A stretch of DNA of 64,000 nt from an uncultured delta proteobacterium. Lineage in GTDB: Bacteria > Myxococcota > Kuafuiibacteriia > Kuafuiibacteriales > Kuafuiibacteriaceae. The DNA is taken from positions 1-64,000 of the forward strand of contig CAWDML010000015.1 in the NCBI GenBank assembly GCA_963803435.1. The letters run 5' to 3'. A program made the position numbers and the translations under genes. The notes under the pieces were generated by a model. The model searched no databases and was not told where the DNA came from. It saw only the letters and a program-made list of their open reading frames with translations. Below are positions 48,990 through 59,736 of this stretch, piece after piece (within the stretch, counting starts at the first letter, position 1; every line of letters starts with the position of its first letter).

Positions 48990-50208
48990 GCCAACATCCT
49001 CACCAGCCGGTGCGGCTCGCGATCGAACTGCACGCTCCAGAGCGACTCCAGGTCGGTCAGCCCGCCCTCGAGCGCGCGCTTCAAGAATCCCGTTCACCGC
49101 CTCGCGATAGAAGCCCTGTCCGCCCGCCGGATCCGCGTCCGCCATGTCTTGAACCGTGGTCGCCAGCGCGCGCAGCGGGAAGAGCGCCTCGGCGTCGATG
49201 GCCCGCAGCACGGCGTCGAGCCGCGGCCGCCACGACGATGAGAATCCCGGCGTGAACGTCGAGCTCCCCCATGAAGCCGGCGATGAGCAGCGGCTCGGGT
49301 GGCTCGCCGGTCGCGAGCGCGCGGGCGATCCGGTGCGCCTCAGCGTGCGACTGCTCGTGCCGTCCCTCCGAGAGGTAGAGCGACATCGACCCGTGCCGCC
49401 GCCGCCGATAGTCCTCCCGCGACTCGGGGTGGAACTCGCCGATCCGGGTCATCGAATAGTCGGGCGCCGAGCTCGCCTGATCGAACATCACCGCGAACGC
49501 GTCCAGGTACGGCTGGCCGCGAAGCTGCGATTCCAGCTCCGGCTCGCCAGCGATACGCGCGAGCGCAGGGGCCGCCTCGAGGCCCTCGCCGCGTCTCAGG
49601 AGCGGCGTGCGTGCCGGGCGCCCCAGCTTCGTCGCCCTGGCGCGCAGCAGCGCCAGTTGACCGGCGGGAAACTTCGCGACGGCCTCGCACATTCCGGCCG
49701 ACGCCAGCGCGATGGAGACGGCCTCGGGATCCGAGAGGTCCCCGCGCCGGCGACCCATGAACGCGTTCAGCGACTCGACGGCCGACGCTAGCCGCCGGGC
49801 CTCCTCCCACGATCCGCGCGCCTCGGAGAGCGCGATCGGGGGTACCTGATCGATCGCGGACTCGCCCGCGCCCAGGGCCCGCATGAGACGCTCCGCGACC
49901 GCCCGCGCCCGCTGGGCGGACGCCGCGTTCCCGAGGCCGCGCTCGCAGCGCTCGATCACCAGCGCGTCTCCGGGATGGACGCTCCCGAGTGCGCTCACGC
50001 CCAGCATCACGTCGATCGCCCGCTGCCACTTGCCCATCTTCAGCAGCGCGACCGCCTGGCGCCTGAGCCCGTCGATCGCGTCGCCGCCGATCGCGAGCCC
50101 GTCGGCGAGATCGCACTCGCCCTCGAGGTAGAGCTCGACCGATCCCCAGGAGCGGATCGAGTCGTCGTCCCGCCGTGCGTAGAGGTCCGCTTGGTGTATT
50201 CCGGCCAT
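48986..50208 (-). CDS. Hypothetical protein(s): SycD/LcrH-like N-terminal ~118 aa followed by a helical region; indels near 49260 and 49075
   Basis: YLEGECDLADGLAI...AVALLKMGKWQRAIDVMLGVSALG is TPR-like; the shifted frame ends ...RMLA-TGA at 48986. Confidence 0.45.
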
Positions 50209-50215
50209 GGTGAAC

Positions 50216-51820
50216 CTACGCCGCCGTCATCTGTTCGAGGCGCGCCAGCGTCTCGGTCTTTCCCAGCAGCACCATGGTGTGGTGGAGCGGGAAGCCTTCT
50301 GGGTTGCCGGTCAGCATCCAGCGGAGCGACTTGCCGTAGGCGGTGTAGCCGGCGCCGGTCGCCTCGTTGAACTTGTCGAGCTCCTTGTCCAGTGTCTCGA
50401 CCGTCCACTTGGTGGCGGCGACCTTCCCCAGCTGCGCCGACAGCTTGCGCATGAGCTCCTTCTGCTTGGTTCCGCCGAGCTGCTTCGCGTCCTTCTCGTC
50501 GAAGCGCAGCGGAGATCGCACGATCGCGACCGAGTCGATCGCGTCCATGTACGTGCCGAAGCGCTTCTTGCCGCCGTCGGCGAGCGCATGCACCTGCTCC
50601 TTCGACAGATCTGCCAGAGCGGCTTTCGCCTCTTCGGGCGTCACTCCGTTGCGAGTGAAGAAGCTCGGATCGTCGACGTACGCATCGACGCGCTCGGCGT
50701 CGTCCAGGATGGCCTGGATCGCGGCTGCCAGCGCGTCGGTCGGCATCCGCATGATCTCGGTGAACATCCGCAGCACCAGCGGACCCGGCCGGACCTCGTA
50801 CTTCTCACCTTTCTTCACGCACTCGGTCAGCCCGAGCACCGACTCCTTCTTCGACATGCGAGTCGGGTCGAACCTCTTCGCCAGCTCGTCGATCGACAGC
50901 GTGTCGTTGGTATCGAACCCCATGCCGAGCCGGGCCAGGTGGTTGATCAGCACCTCCGGCGAGAAGCCTTGGTTCTCGTAGTCGATCACGCTGGTCGCGC
51001 CGTGCCGCTTCGAGAGCTTGCCGCCCGCCTTCACCTGGGACGGGTCCTCCGGATCGGGGGCCGGATCTCCGTGGATCAGAGGCATGTGATAGAACTCGGG
51101 CACCTGATAGCCGAGCGCCCGGAACAGCTCGATCTGCTTGGCCGCGTTCACCAGGTGCTCATGCCCGCGGAAGATGTGCGTGATCCCTTGCTCGCCGTCG
51201 TCGACGACGTTGGCCAGCAGGAACATCGGCGAGCCGTCCGACCGCTGGATCACGAAGTCGGGCTCCGGATCGACCTCGACCCGCCCCTTGAGGCGGTCGT
51301 TGACGACCAGCTTTCCCTCCTTCGGCATGATGAAGAAGACGGCGCCCGTGTCGGGATCGCGACGCGCCTTGTCGGCGGCCAGGAGCGCCTCCACCTTCGT
51401 CGAGTAGAGCTCGGTGCGCTGCGATTGAAACACCGGCTCCTCGTCCCAGGAGAGCCCGAGCCAGCGGAGGCCGTCATAGATGGCCTCGGTGTACTCGGGC
51501 TTCGAGCGCATGTGGTCGGTGTCCTCGATGCGCAAGAGGAAGTCGCCGCCGTTGGCCTTGGCGAACAGATAGTTCACCAGCGCCGTGCGCGCTCCTCCGA
51601 TGTGCAGGTGCCCGGTCGGGCTGGGGGCAAAGCGGACGCGGACCCTCTTCGGGGCCTCCGGTTCGCCGCCGCCGAGCTTGAGGACGTCGTCCGCGGTCAA
51701 GCTCCGGAGTGCCGGACGCTGGAGGCGGGTTCGACGATCGGCGCGGGCGGCGGGGCCGACGTCTCCGGGGGCGTGCGCGTGGACCGTTCGCGGTCTGTTT
51801 GCGGCTCCTTCGACAACCAT
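50216..51820 (-). CDS. Divergent glutamyl-tRNA synthetase paralogue with an N-terminal extension
   Basis: RFAPSPTGHLHIGG, LLRIEDTD, ANVVDD, KLSKRHG and an anticodon-domain-like C-terminus. Confidence 0.85.
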   Translation of the reverse strand: MVVEGAANRPRTVHAHAPGDVGPAARADRRTRLQRPALRSLTADDVLKLGGGEPEAPKRVRVRFAPSPTGHLHIGGARTALVNYLFAKANGGDFLLRIEDTDHMRSKPEYTEAIYDGLRWLGLSWDEEPVFQSQRTELYSTKVEALLAADKARRDPDTGAVFFIMPKEGKLVVNDRLKGRVEVDPEPDFVIQRSDGSPMFLLANVVDDGEQGITHIFRGHEHLVNAAKQIELFRALGYQVPEFYHMPLIHGDPAPDPEDPSQVKAGGKLSKRHGATSVIDYENQGFSPEVLINHLARLGMGFDTNDTLSIDELAKRFDPTRMSKKESVLGLTECVKKGEKYEVRPGPLVLRMFTEIMRMPTDALAAAIQAILDDAERVDAYVDDPSFFTRNGVTPEEAKAALADLSKEQVHALADGGKKRFGTYMDAIDSVAIVRSPLRFDEKDAKQLGGTKQKELMRKLSAQLGKVAATKWTVETLDKELDKFNEATGAGYTAYGKSLRWMLTGNPEGFPLHHTMVLLGKTETLARLEQMTAA

Positions 51821-51834
51821 CGGTTAACTCATCC

Positions 51835-54800
51835 TCACTTCGGTACCAGCACGATGAACTCGTTCTCGAAGACCTTCGAGTCCTGCTGAAAGTTGTGGAT
51901 CCATCGCCTCACCGTCGCCACCCCGCGCTGGCCTTGAGGCGGATCCGAATCCATATATTCCTCCCCCGTGTTCCCCATGCGAGTCAGAAGCTTCATCTCT
52001 TTCTTGTCGACCTCGGTTCCGTAACGCTTGCAGAGGTCGAGCAGGATCTCGTTCATGTCCGCGAACTGCTGGTGTCCGCTGAATCGGTTCGTCTTGCTGG
52101 CGTCCCAGTAGTATTCGGTCGCGAAGCCGCACGCGATCCCCATGCTGGAGGCGCGGCGCAGCAGGTGCTCGATCAGCCGGCGCTTCTCATCGTGGTTCGC
52201 TTCGAACGGTGGATAGGCCTTGTCGATGATCAACATCGGCTCGCCCTCGTGTCCTTCGTCCTGTCGCTCCACCAGGCGCATCATGGCGCGACGCTCCTGG
52301 CCGGCTGCGTTCCTCGTGACGATCATGCGCTTGTTGGGATCGGTCCAGTACGCCATCCCCTCGCCGTGGCCGCCCGGCCAGTTGAGACAGCCGCCGCCGG
52401 TCTTCGCCCGATCGACGGTCATCGCGTACATCGTCGGCAGGTCGGGGCCGTCGTCCGTCACCACGCGCGAGTAGCTGATCCCGGCCAGGCGGATCGTCCA
52501 GACCAGCTCCTCCATCGCGTCGTCCAGCGGCGGTCCGAACACCTTGCGGAACGACGGGATCCGATCCGCCAGCCGCGCGAAGCGCTCGGGGGTCACGTTC
52601 TCGGGTGTCAGCTCCGCGAGCGTGGTCGCCCACTCGATCGCCTCGATCTGCTTCGGAAGATCCTCGACCTCGCGGACCAGGCCGAGCCACTCCTCGCGGT
52701 CCTTCGACTTGTCGATCTGCCGGATCCGGACCACGAGCGCGTCGCGCTTGGTCTGGATCTCGTCGAGTGGGCCCCAGGACTCGTTCAGGCGCTCCAGGAT
52801 CGCGTTCCCGATCAGCGCGGTCCGCTGGAGGCGCTGGAGGAACACCTGCTCCCCGTCGCCCTCGAACCGGATGTGCGTCATCCTCTGCGCCGTCTTCCAC
52901 TGTGCGGCCGCCTCGCCGGTGAGACACGCGAGGTGCGTCTCCGCGTGCGGGGTCTCGAAGCGGTACTGATCCACGCGGTCCGCCAGCGCGGCCTCGAGCA
53001 GGCCCTTCAGGATCTCCTGGTCGACGTTGGCGTTGCCGGCGGCGGCCGAGAACAGGGGTGCCAGCGGCCCTTGGACGTCCGCGAGCCCCTTCTCAGTGAT
53101 GTGCACCTCGCCGGCGCCCTGGAGGAGCTGTCCGAGGTTGAGCTTCTCCATCACGGCGCCGTGCATGCGGTGCTCGATCTCGGCGACCAGGTTTTCCTGG
53201 GCGTCGAGCTTCTGCACCGCCGCCAGGACGTACTCGGCGCTGGGCGCGAAGTCGGTCTCGATGTTGACGTAGTTGGCGAGCTTGCAGACGTCGGCCATCC
53301 GCAGCTTCGCACCCAGGATCGCCCGCACCAAATCGACCGCGTCGCCGCCGTTCTGCTCGGTCGTGACCAGCAGCGTCCGCAGGTTTCGCTCGTGGTCCTT
53401 GTTGCCGCGACCGCTGGCGAAGAACTTGTCGAGATCGGTCAGCCAGGTGTCGAGCTCCGCGCCGTGCTTCGTGCCGATCGCGATCAGTCGCGCGATCGCG
53501 TCGCCCGGAAGTCGCGGCCACGCTGCGTCGAGCATCGCGACGTCGAGCCCGGCCTTCGCCACTGCCGCCATGTCCTCGGCGAATCCGTGGCGGAGGAGCT
53601 CCACGATCGGGCCGCCCTCGACCTTCGGGATCTCGGCGGAGTAGCGGGCGGCGTTGCGCTCGGCGTGGGCCCGCACCTCCGGATCGCCGGCGCCCGCGGC
53701 CAGCGCCGCAGTCAGCGACTCGAGGAGCGCCGGGTTGCCCTCGGCGTACCGCGCCGCGACCCCGATCAGCGAGTTGGCGAGGGTCACCGGATCGTCCGGC
53801 ACTCCGACCACCGCGATGATCTGGGCCAGCAGCCCCAGGGTCGCCGTCGCATCCTGTGGCTCGACCCGGAGCAGGTGCTTGGCACCGAGGGCCTCGATCG
53901 ACTCGGCCGCCAGCCCGGCCGCGCCGAGCTGGATGAGCTGCTGCGTGATCTGATCGGCGGCCCCGTCGGGCGGCGCGCCCCGTCCGAGGAACGAGAGCTG
54001 CGCCGCGGCGATCGCCTTCAGCATCTCGGACGGCTGACCTGCGCTCGCCGCCAGCTGGCGATAGAACACGCTTCGCGAGGTGGTGGAGAGCTCCCGATCG
54101 GCGCGTGCGCCCAGCTCCGCGAGTGCGGGCTGATCTCCGAGCTGCGCCAGGAGCGGCGCGATCTCCTGCTCCGCCGCCGCCGCCTCGGCCGCCAGACGGT
54201 CGCGATGCGCGCGGGCCGCCGCCGCCTGCTGGGCGAGGATCTCGACCTGTCCGTCCGTCAGCCCCGCCTTGAGGCCCGCTGAGACCGTGTTTGCGACGGC
54301 GTGATCGTCCTGCTCTCCACCGATGGCCGCGAGCGCGGCCCGCAGCGTGCCCTCGAAGAGCTTCTCGGTATGGCCGCCCGAGGCGACAATCGTCGGCACC
54401 GCTTCCACCAGCGTCTGAGTCGCCGCCTTCAGCGCAATCTCGTCGTTGTTGCGACCCAACGCCTTCACGCCGGCGTCGAAGGCAGCTCCGATCTGCTGCG
54501 GATCGAGCTGGCTCGACGCGAACGCGAGGCGCTCGAATCGCGCGCGCCTGCGGCGCGGTGAGCTTCGGAGCCGCCGCGATCGAGCGGAGCACCGCGAGCA
54601 CGTCCGCGATGGATCGGCTCGAGCTCCCCGGATCGAGCTTCGACAGCCCGCCGCTCATCGTTCCCAGCACGCGCGCCGGAAGCTCACGGAGGCGCGCCGC
54701 CTGCCCGGCGTCGAGCCGCTCGGCGGCCTCGTCGAGGGCGCTGGCGGTCTCGGCGACCTGCGCCGTCAGCTCTTGGATGCTCGAGAGGTGGCGGGCGAGC

Positions 54801-55031
54801 AGCGGTCCCGGCAGGTTCAGCTTCGCGCCGGCCGCGAATATGTCGGAGACCGTCTGCCGCATCAGCGCGCCGGAGAGTCCCTTCTTGCTGGCGACCGGCG
54901 CGGCCCGCCTGGTCCGCGTGCTCGGGGGCTCGTCCGCCGCGGGCGGAGCTCGAATCGAGAGGCACCGGTGCGCCCAGGTCGTGCACGAGGCGCGTCCGAT
55001 GCGCGCCGAGCCTGCCGATGAAACCCACCAC
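51835..55031 (-). CDS. Large (~1060 aa) helical protein with a C-terminal PcfJ/GNAT-like domain; indels near 54950 and 54520
   Basis: An 877-aa open frame plus upstream fragments; C-terminal GCLNW...YWTDPNKRMI...RAMMRL...PMLIIDKAY. Confidence 0.6.
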
Positions 55032-57670
55032 TACGCTCTGACTCCCAGCGGCCCGCTCCGCCGCCCATCGCTCCGCGGAATCGTCACCAGGCCCTCGCGC
55101 GCGTCTTTCATCGCGTCGAAGCGCCGGTGGACCTCGACCAGTCCCTGCGTTGGCTCACCCCGCTCCCGAAGCTGCTCGATGGCTCGAGAGAGGCGCTGCT
55201 CGGCCTTCGGGCTCGGCTCGTTCTCGAGCATCGCGAGTGCGTGCTGCGATCTCGAAGATCGGTCCGACCAGCTGCATCGCACCCTGGGCGGCGGGATCGT
55301 CCCGCTTCTCGAGGGCCTCGAACGCGCTCTTCGGCGAGACCGTCGCCTCTTCATCGAGGTCGCCGAGCCTCCGGGCTTCCGGTCGAGCCGAGCGCCACAG
55401 CCTTGCCAGCGAGGACAAGCCATCCCGTGCGATCTGGCTCCGAGCCTCGCTCTGCCTCTTCGCGAGCGGTTCGAGCGCGAGGAACGGCTCGAGCCAGTCG
55501 CACCAGAAGTCGATCTCGCTCGCGATGCGCTCGCCGCCCGGGATCGGCTCGGCGGCGCTCTTCACGGCTTCGAGCCGCGCCTTCACCCTGGGCAGCGAGG
55601 CCCGCCGCTCGAGGCTTTGATTCAGCGAGAGGCTCGCCTCCATCAGATCGGACAGAGCGAGGAGCCGCTGAACCGCTGGATCATCCTTTGCCGCGGCGAT
55701 CCGCTCCGCATCGTCGTGCGCGTCGAGGTCGGCGGCCGACGCCGCGATCATCGCGTCGATCCGATCGCGATTGAGGTGTGCCAGCGCGTCGATGCTCTCC
55801 AGCGGATGGCCGAAGGCCAGCTCGGTGATCGGGCCGTAGAACGCCAGCACGGCGGTCTCGAGCTGGCCGATGTCGTCGCCGGCGAGCGCCGCTTCGACTG
55901 CGGCGGCCTTCTTCGAGAGCGCCTCGGCCTGCCCGTCGGGCAGGTCGAGCGCGCCCACCTGCTCGACCAGGTCGGCCATCGAGATCGCCTCGGCGAACCG
56001 CGCGAGCCACTGCTCGCCGTGGCCCTTGATGCCGGCCAGCTGGGCGTTGAGCATCGCGCGCAGGCTGGCCAGCAGCTGCACGTCCGCAGGGGGTCGGTCG
56101 AGCTCGCCCGCGACGGCCCTCGCGGTCTCGATCAGCGTGGCGCGGAGCGCCCGAGCGTCTTCCTGCCCGATCGCCTTCTCCGACGCCGCAGCCTCCTCGG
56201 GCTTCCACGCCGCGTGCACCGCCAGCGCGATCGCCTCGCTGAGCCCGACCACCGAACGCCGCGCCTGGAACACGGCTCGATCCGCCGTCACTCGGGCGCT
56301 GAACGCCTCGACGTCGCTCTTCAGCACGATCCCGTCCAGCTCGGCGTCGAGTCCGAGCCTCCCTGCACCGCGGAGGAGATCGGCGAGCTTTTCGGGGACG
56401 CGCTGCAGGTAGTATGCGTCTTTCTTGTCGATCTTCAGCACGTAGAGCGCGCCTGCAAGGACGTCGGCGACCGCGCCCAGCGTGTCGATCTCCTCGGCCA
56501 GCGTGGTGCGCGCCTTCGTGTCCTTCTTGTCGACCGCGTGGAGCCGGTCGATCAGCTCGTCCCGTCGCTCTCGGACCTCGGAGAGGATCGGCTCCGGAGA
56601 TCGCATCGAGCTCGAAGTCCTCCTTCACGCGACCGGCCAGCTTCGCCGCCGCCCGCTTGATCTCGGGCAGCCGAACCGAGAGGTCGTCGAGCCGGAGCGA
56701 CTCCTCCTCGCCCGCACCCACGGCCGCGCCTCGGCGCTCCCGCACCAGCGGGAACCACGGCGTGAGGCCCCCGGGCCGGATCCCCATCTCGCTCAGCGAC
56801 TCGGGATGGTTCGCCGCCTCCACCGCGCACTGCAGGGCGAGGCGCGTGTACTGCTCCAGGCGCTCGCGGATGACGCGGGAGAGGTCGTCCTTCGGGTCAT
56901 GGTTGTCGAGATCGCGCCCCGACAGCAGGTTGATCACTGGAACGCCGAGCCGATAGAGCGGCTCCGCATCGGTGCTGAAGAACTGCGACTCGCGCGGTTG
57001 CTCCGGGTAGCCGTCGATCGCGCGCTCTCGACCCTGGAGCGCCCGCGCGCTGGCGCGGCGCAGGACGGCCTGCGCGAAGGCGTCGTCGGAGGCCCACTGG
57101 AAGACGTCGTTGCGCGAGCCGCTCTCCAGGTGCACCTGGCCCAGCTCGTCCAGGTTGAGCATCAGCGCCGTCTTGGCCAGCGGTACGATCGGCTGCTGCG
57201 CGTACAGCTTCGAGCCGCGCCGCCCCGGATGGTACTTGTCGTGGCGCCGGATCCCTTCCTCGCCGTCGAACGTGACGAAGAGGACCGACCGCCGCGGCGG
57301 GTTCTTCGCGAGGGCGCGCGCGATCGCGAGGACGCCGGCACAACCGGTGCCGTTGTCGTTGGCTCCCTCGTGCGCGTTCTGCTGCGAGTCGTGGTGCGCG
57401 GCGACGATGATGTACTCGTCCTTCAGCTTCGGATCCGTGCCCTCGAGGAGCCCGATGACGTTGGCGCCGGCGAGGACGCGTCCGCCCACGTCCCAGCGGA
57501 ACTCCTGGAGCGACGCCTTCAGGCCGGCGTCCGCCATCCGGTCCCGGATCCACTCGGCGGAAGCGCGGCCGGTCGCCGTCCCGAAGACGCGAATCCGGGA
57601 ACCCGCGCGCGAGCCCCTCGACCAGACCGAAGACCGTGCTCTGGGTAGGGAGCGCTGCCGACACACGCAC
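55031..57670 (-). CDS. M28 metallopeptidase fused to a long helical C-terminal region; about 3 apparent indels
   Basis: NVIGLLEG, AHHDS, GANDNGTG, FDGEE, LNLD, H..KD. Confidence 0.7.
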
Positions 57671-57673
57671 GCG

Positions 57674-58127
57674 CTAGGCCTCCGGGTGGACGAAGAGGCA
57701 CTGCCAGACGGTGGCGTGCGTGCCCTTCGGTAGGCCGTAGCGGAATCCAGGGGACGAGCTCGTCGAGATCGGGTTGGGCGAGGACGGTGATCCCGTGCGC
57801 CTCCAGGATCTCGACGATGCGGTCGGCTCGCTCTCGTTCGTCTTCGCCGCGCCGATGTTCCACGCCGTAGTCGAGGGCGGCGTACGGTCCGAGGTAGCAG
57901 ACCTGGAGGCGGAGCTTCCCGAACAGGATCAGCTCCTCGGAGATGTCGTAGCGCCCTCGGGTCCCGTTCCGGAGCATCGGGTCGAGGGCCTTCAGGTCGG
58001 CCAGGACGGCCCGCAGGGTCGCGTTATCACTGTCGTAGTCCCAGACCACGTGGGCGTCGTCGAGCGGGGAGGCCAGGACCTGCTTGGGGTAGTACTGGAT
58101 GATCGTGCGCTCGATGTCGGGCGTCAT
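57674..58127 (-). CDS. Hypothetical protein (indel near the 3' end)
   Basis: AGGAG RBS; the shifted frame ends TVWQCLFVHPEA-TAG. Confidence 0.65.
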
Positions 58128-58284
58128 TCTCAACACTCCTGTAAAACCCATAGGTTACGTCCGCTCCCGTCTCGAGGCCCAGGAGTGTGATCCAGCTACA
58201 TTTCAATTGTCGGTTTTTGTAGCTGATTTGGTGCGTCTGCCGAACTTGTCCGCGGAGGGGGACGTTGATACCCCTGGGTGATCT

Positions 58285-59736
58285 ATGCCTGCGAGTGGAC
58301 TCGGCTTTACGGTCAACGGCCGGCGCGTCGAGGTCGGGGATGTTTCACCGACGACGACCTTGCTCCAGTGGCTCCGCGGCGAGCCCGGGCGGACCGGCAC
58401 CAAGGAGGGGTGCGCCGAGGGGGACTGCGGCGCCTGCACGGTCGCGGTGGTGACGCACGGTCGGGCGGGCCCAACCTTTCGTGCCGTGAACAGCTGCCTG
58501 GTCCTTCTGCCGATGATGCACGGGCAGGAGATCGTGACGGTCGAAGGCCTGAAGGAGGGCTCGGCGTACCACCCCGTTCAGGAGAGCCTCGTCGGACGTC
58601 TCGGATCCCAGTGCGGGTACTGCACGCCGGGTGTCGTGATGTCGATGTTCGAGGCCTGCTATCGCGGCGACCTGAGCGAGCGCTGGCAGATCGACGACCA
58701 GATGTGCGGCAACCTCTGCCGCTGCACCGGCTACCGTCCCATCCGCGAGGCCACCGAGGCGATCGCAGGTCTTCGCCCCGAGGATCGCTTCAGGCAACTC
58801 CTGGAACGCGAGCCCGCTCGCCCCACCTCGCTCGAGCTGTCGTACCGCGACCAGCGGTACTTCGCGCCGGCGTCGCTCGACGAGCTCTGGACGATCCTCG
58901 ATCGCCATCCGGACGCACGCTTCGTCGCCGGCGGTACCGATCTCTCCCTGCTGGTTACCAAGCGCTTCGAGGAGCTCCCACTCCTGATCTCGCTGGAGCA
59001 GCTCCCGGAGCTCAGTGTGATCGAGGAGCGCCCGGGCGGCCTCCGGATCGGCGCCACCGTGCGCCTCTCCGATCTCGAATCGTTCGCGCGCGGCGCTTCA
59101 CCGTCGATCGAGCGCATGTTGCGATACTTCGGGTCGCGGCAGATCAAGAACCGAGCGACGATCGGCGGCAATCTCTGCAACGCCTCGCCGATCGGCGACC
59201 TCCCGCCGATCCTGCTGGCGCTCGGGGCCGAGGTGGAGCTGCTCTCCCGCACCGGCACCCGGAGGCTGCCGCTGGATCAGCTCTTCGTGGCCTATCGAAA
59301 GACCGCGCTGGCGAAGAACGAGATGCTCTCGGCCGTCTTCGTGCCGGACCTCCCCGCCGGCGACGTGCGCGTCACCGCCTACAAGGTCTCCAAGCGGCAG
59401 GAGCTCGACATCAGCGCGGTGGCGGCCGGGCTCTACGTCGAGCTGGAGCAGGGCACGGTGAAGGAGGCCCGCTTTGCCTACGGCGGGATGGCGGCGACGC
59501 CGAGGCGCGCCACTGCGGCCGAGCAAGCCGCCCGCGGCCAGCCCTGGAGCGAGGCGACAATCGCGGCCGCCATGCGCGCGCTCGACCGCGACTTCACGCC
59601 GATCGACGACCACCGCGGTTCGGCCTGGTACCGCGGGACCGTCGCGAAGAACCTCCTCCTCGGCTTCTTCCACGAGACCCAGAAGGATCCGTCTCCGCGG
59701 CTCGCGCACCGCCCGACGGGGAGCGTTTCGCCATGA
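58285..59736 (+). CDS. xdhA: Xanthine dehydrogenase small subunit (2Fe-2S and FAD)
   Basis: GTKEGCAEGDCGACT, QCGYCTPG, GNLCRCTGY, AGGTD, NASPIGD. Confidence 0.95.
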   Translation: MPASGLGFTVNGRRVEVGDVSPTTTLLQWLRGEPGRTGTKEGCAEGDCGACTVAVVTHGRAGPTFRAVNSCLVLLPMMHGQEIVTVEGLKEGSAYHPVQESLVGRLGSQCGYCTPGVVMSMFEACYRGDLSERWQIDDQMCGNLCRCTGYRPIREATEAIAGLRPEDRFRQLLEREPARPTSLELSYRDQRYFAPASLDELWTILDRHPDARFVAGGTDLSLLVTKRFEELPLLISLEQLPELSVIEERPGGLRIGATVRLSDLESFARGASPSIERMLRYFGSRQIKNRATIGGNLCNASPIGDLPPILLALGAEVELLSRTGTRRLPLDQLFVAYRKTALAKNEMLSAVFVPDLPAGDVRVTAYKVSKRQELDISAVAAGLYVELEQGTVKEARFAYGGMAATPRRATAAEQAARGQPWSEATIAAAMRALDRDFTPIDDHRGSAWYRGTVAKNLLLGFFHETQKDPSPRLAHRPTGSVSP

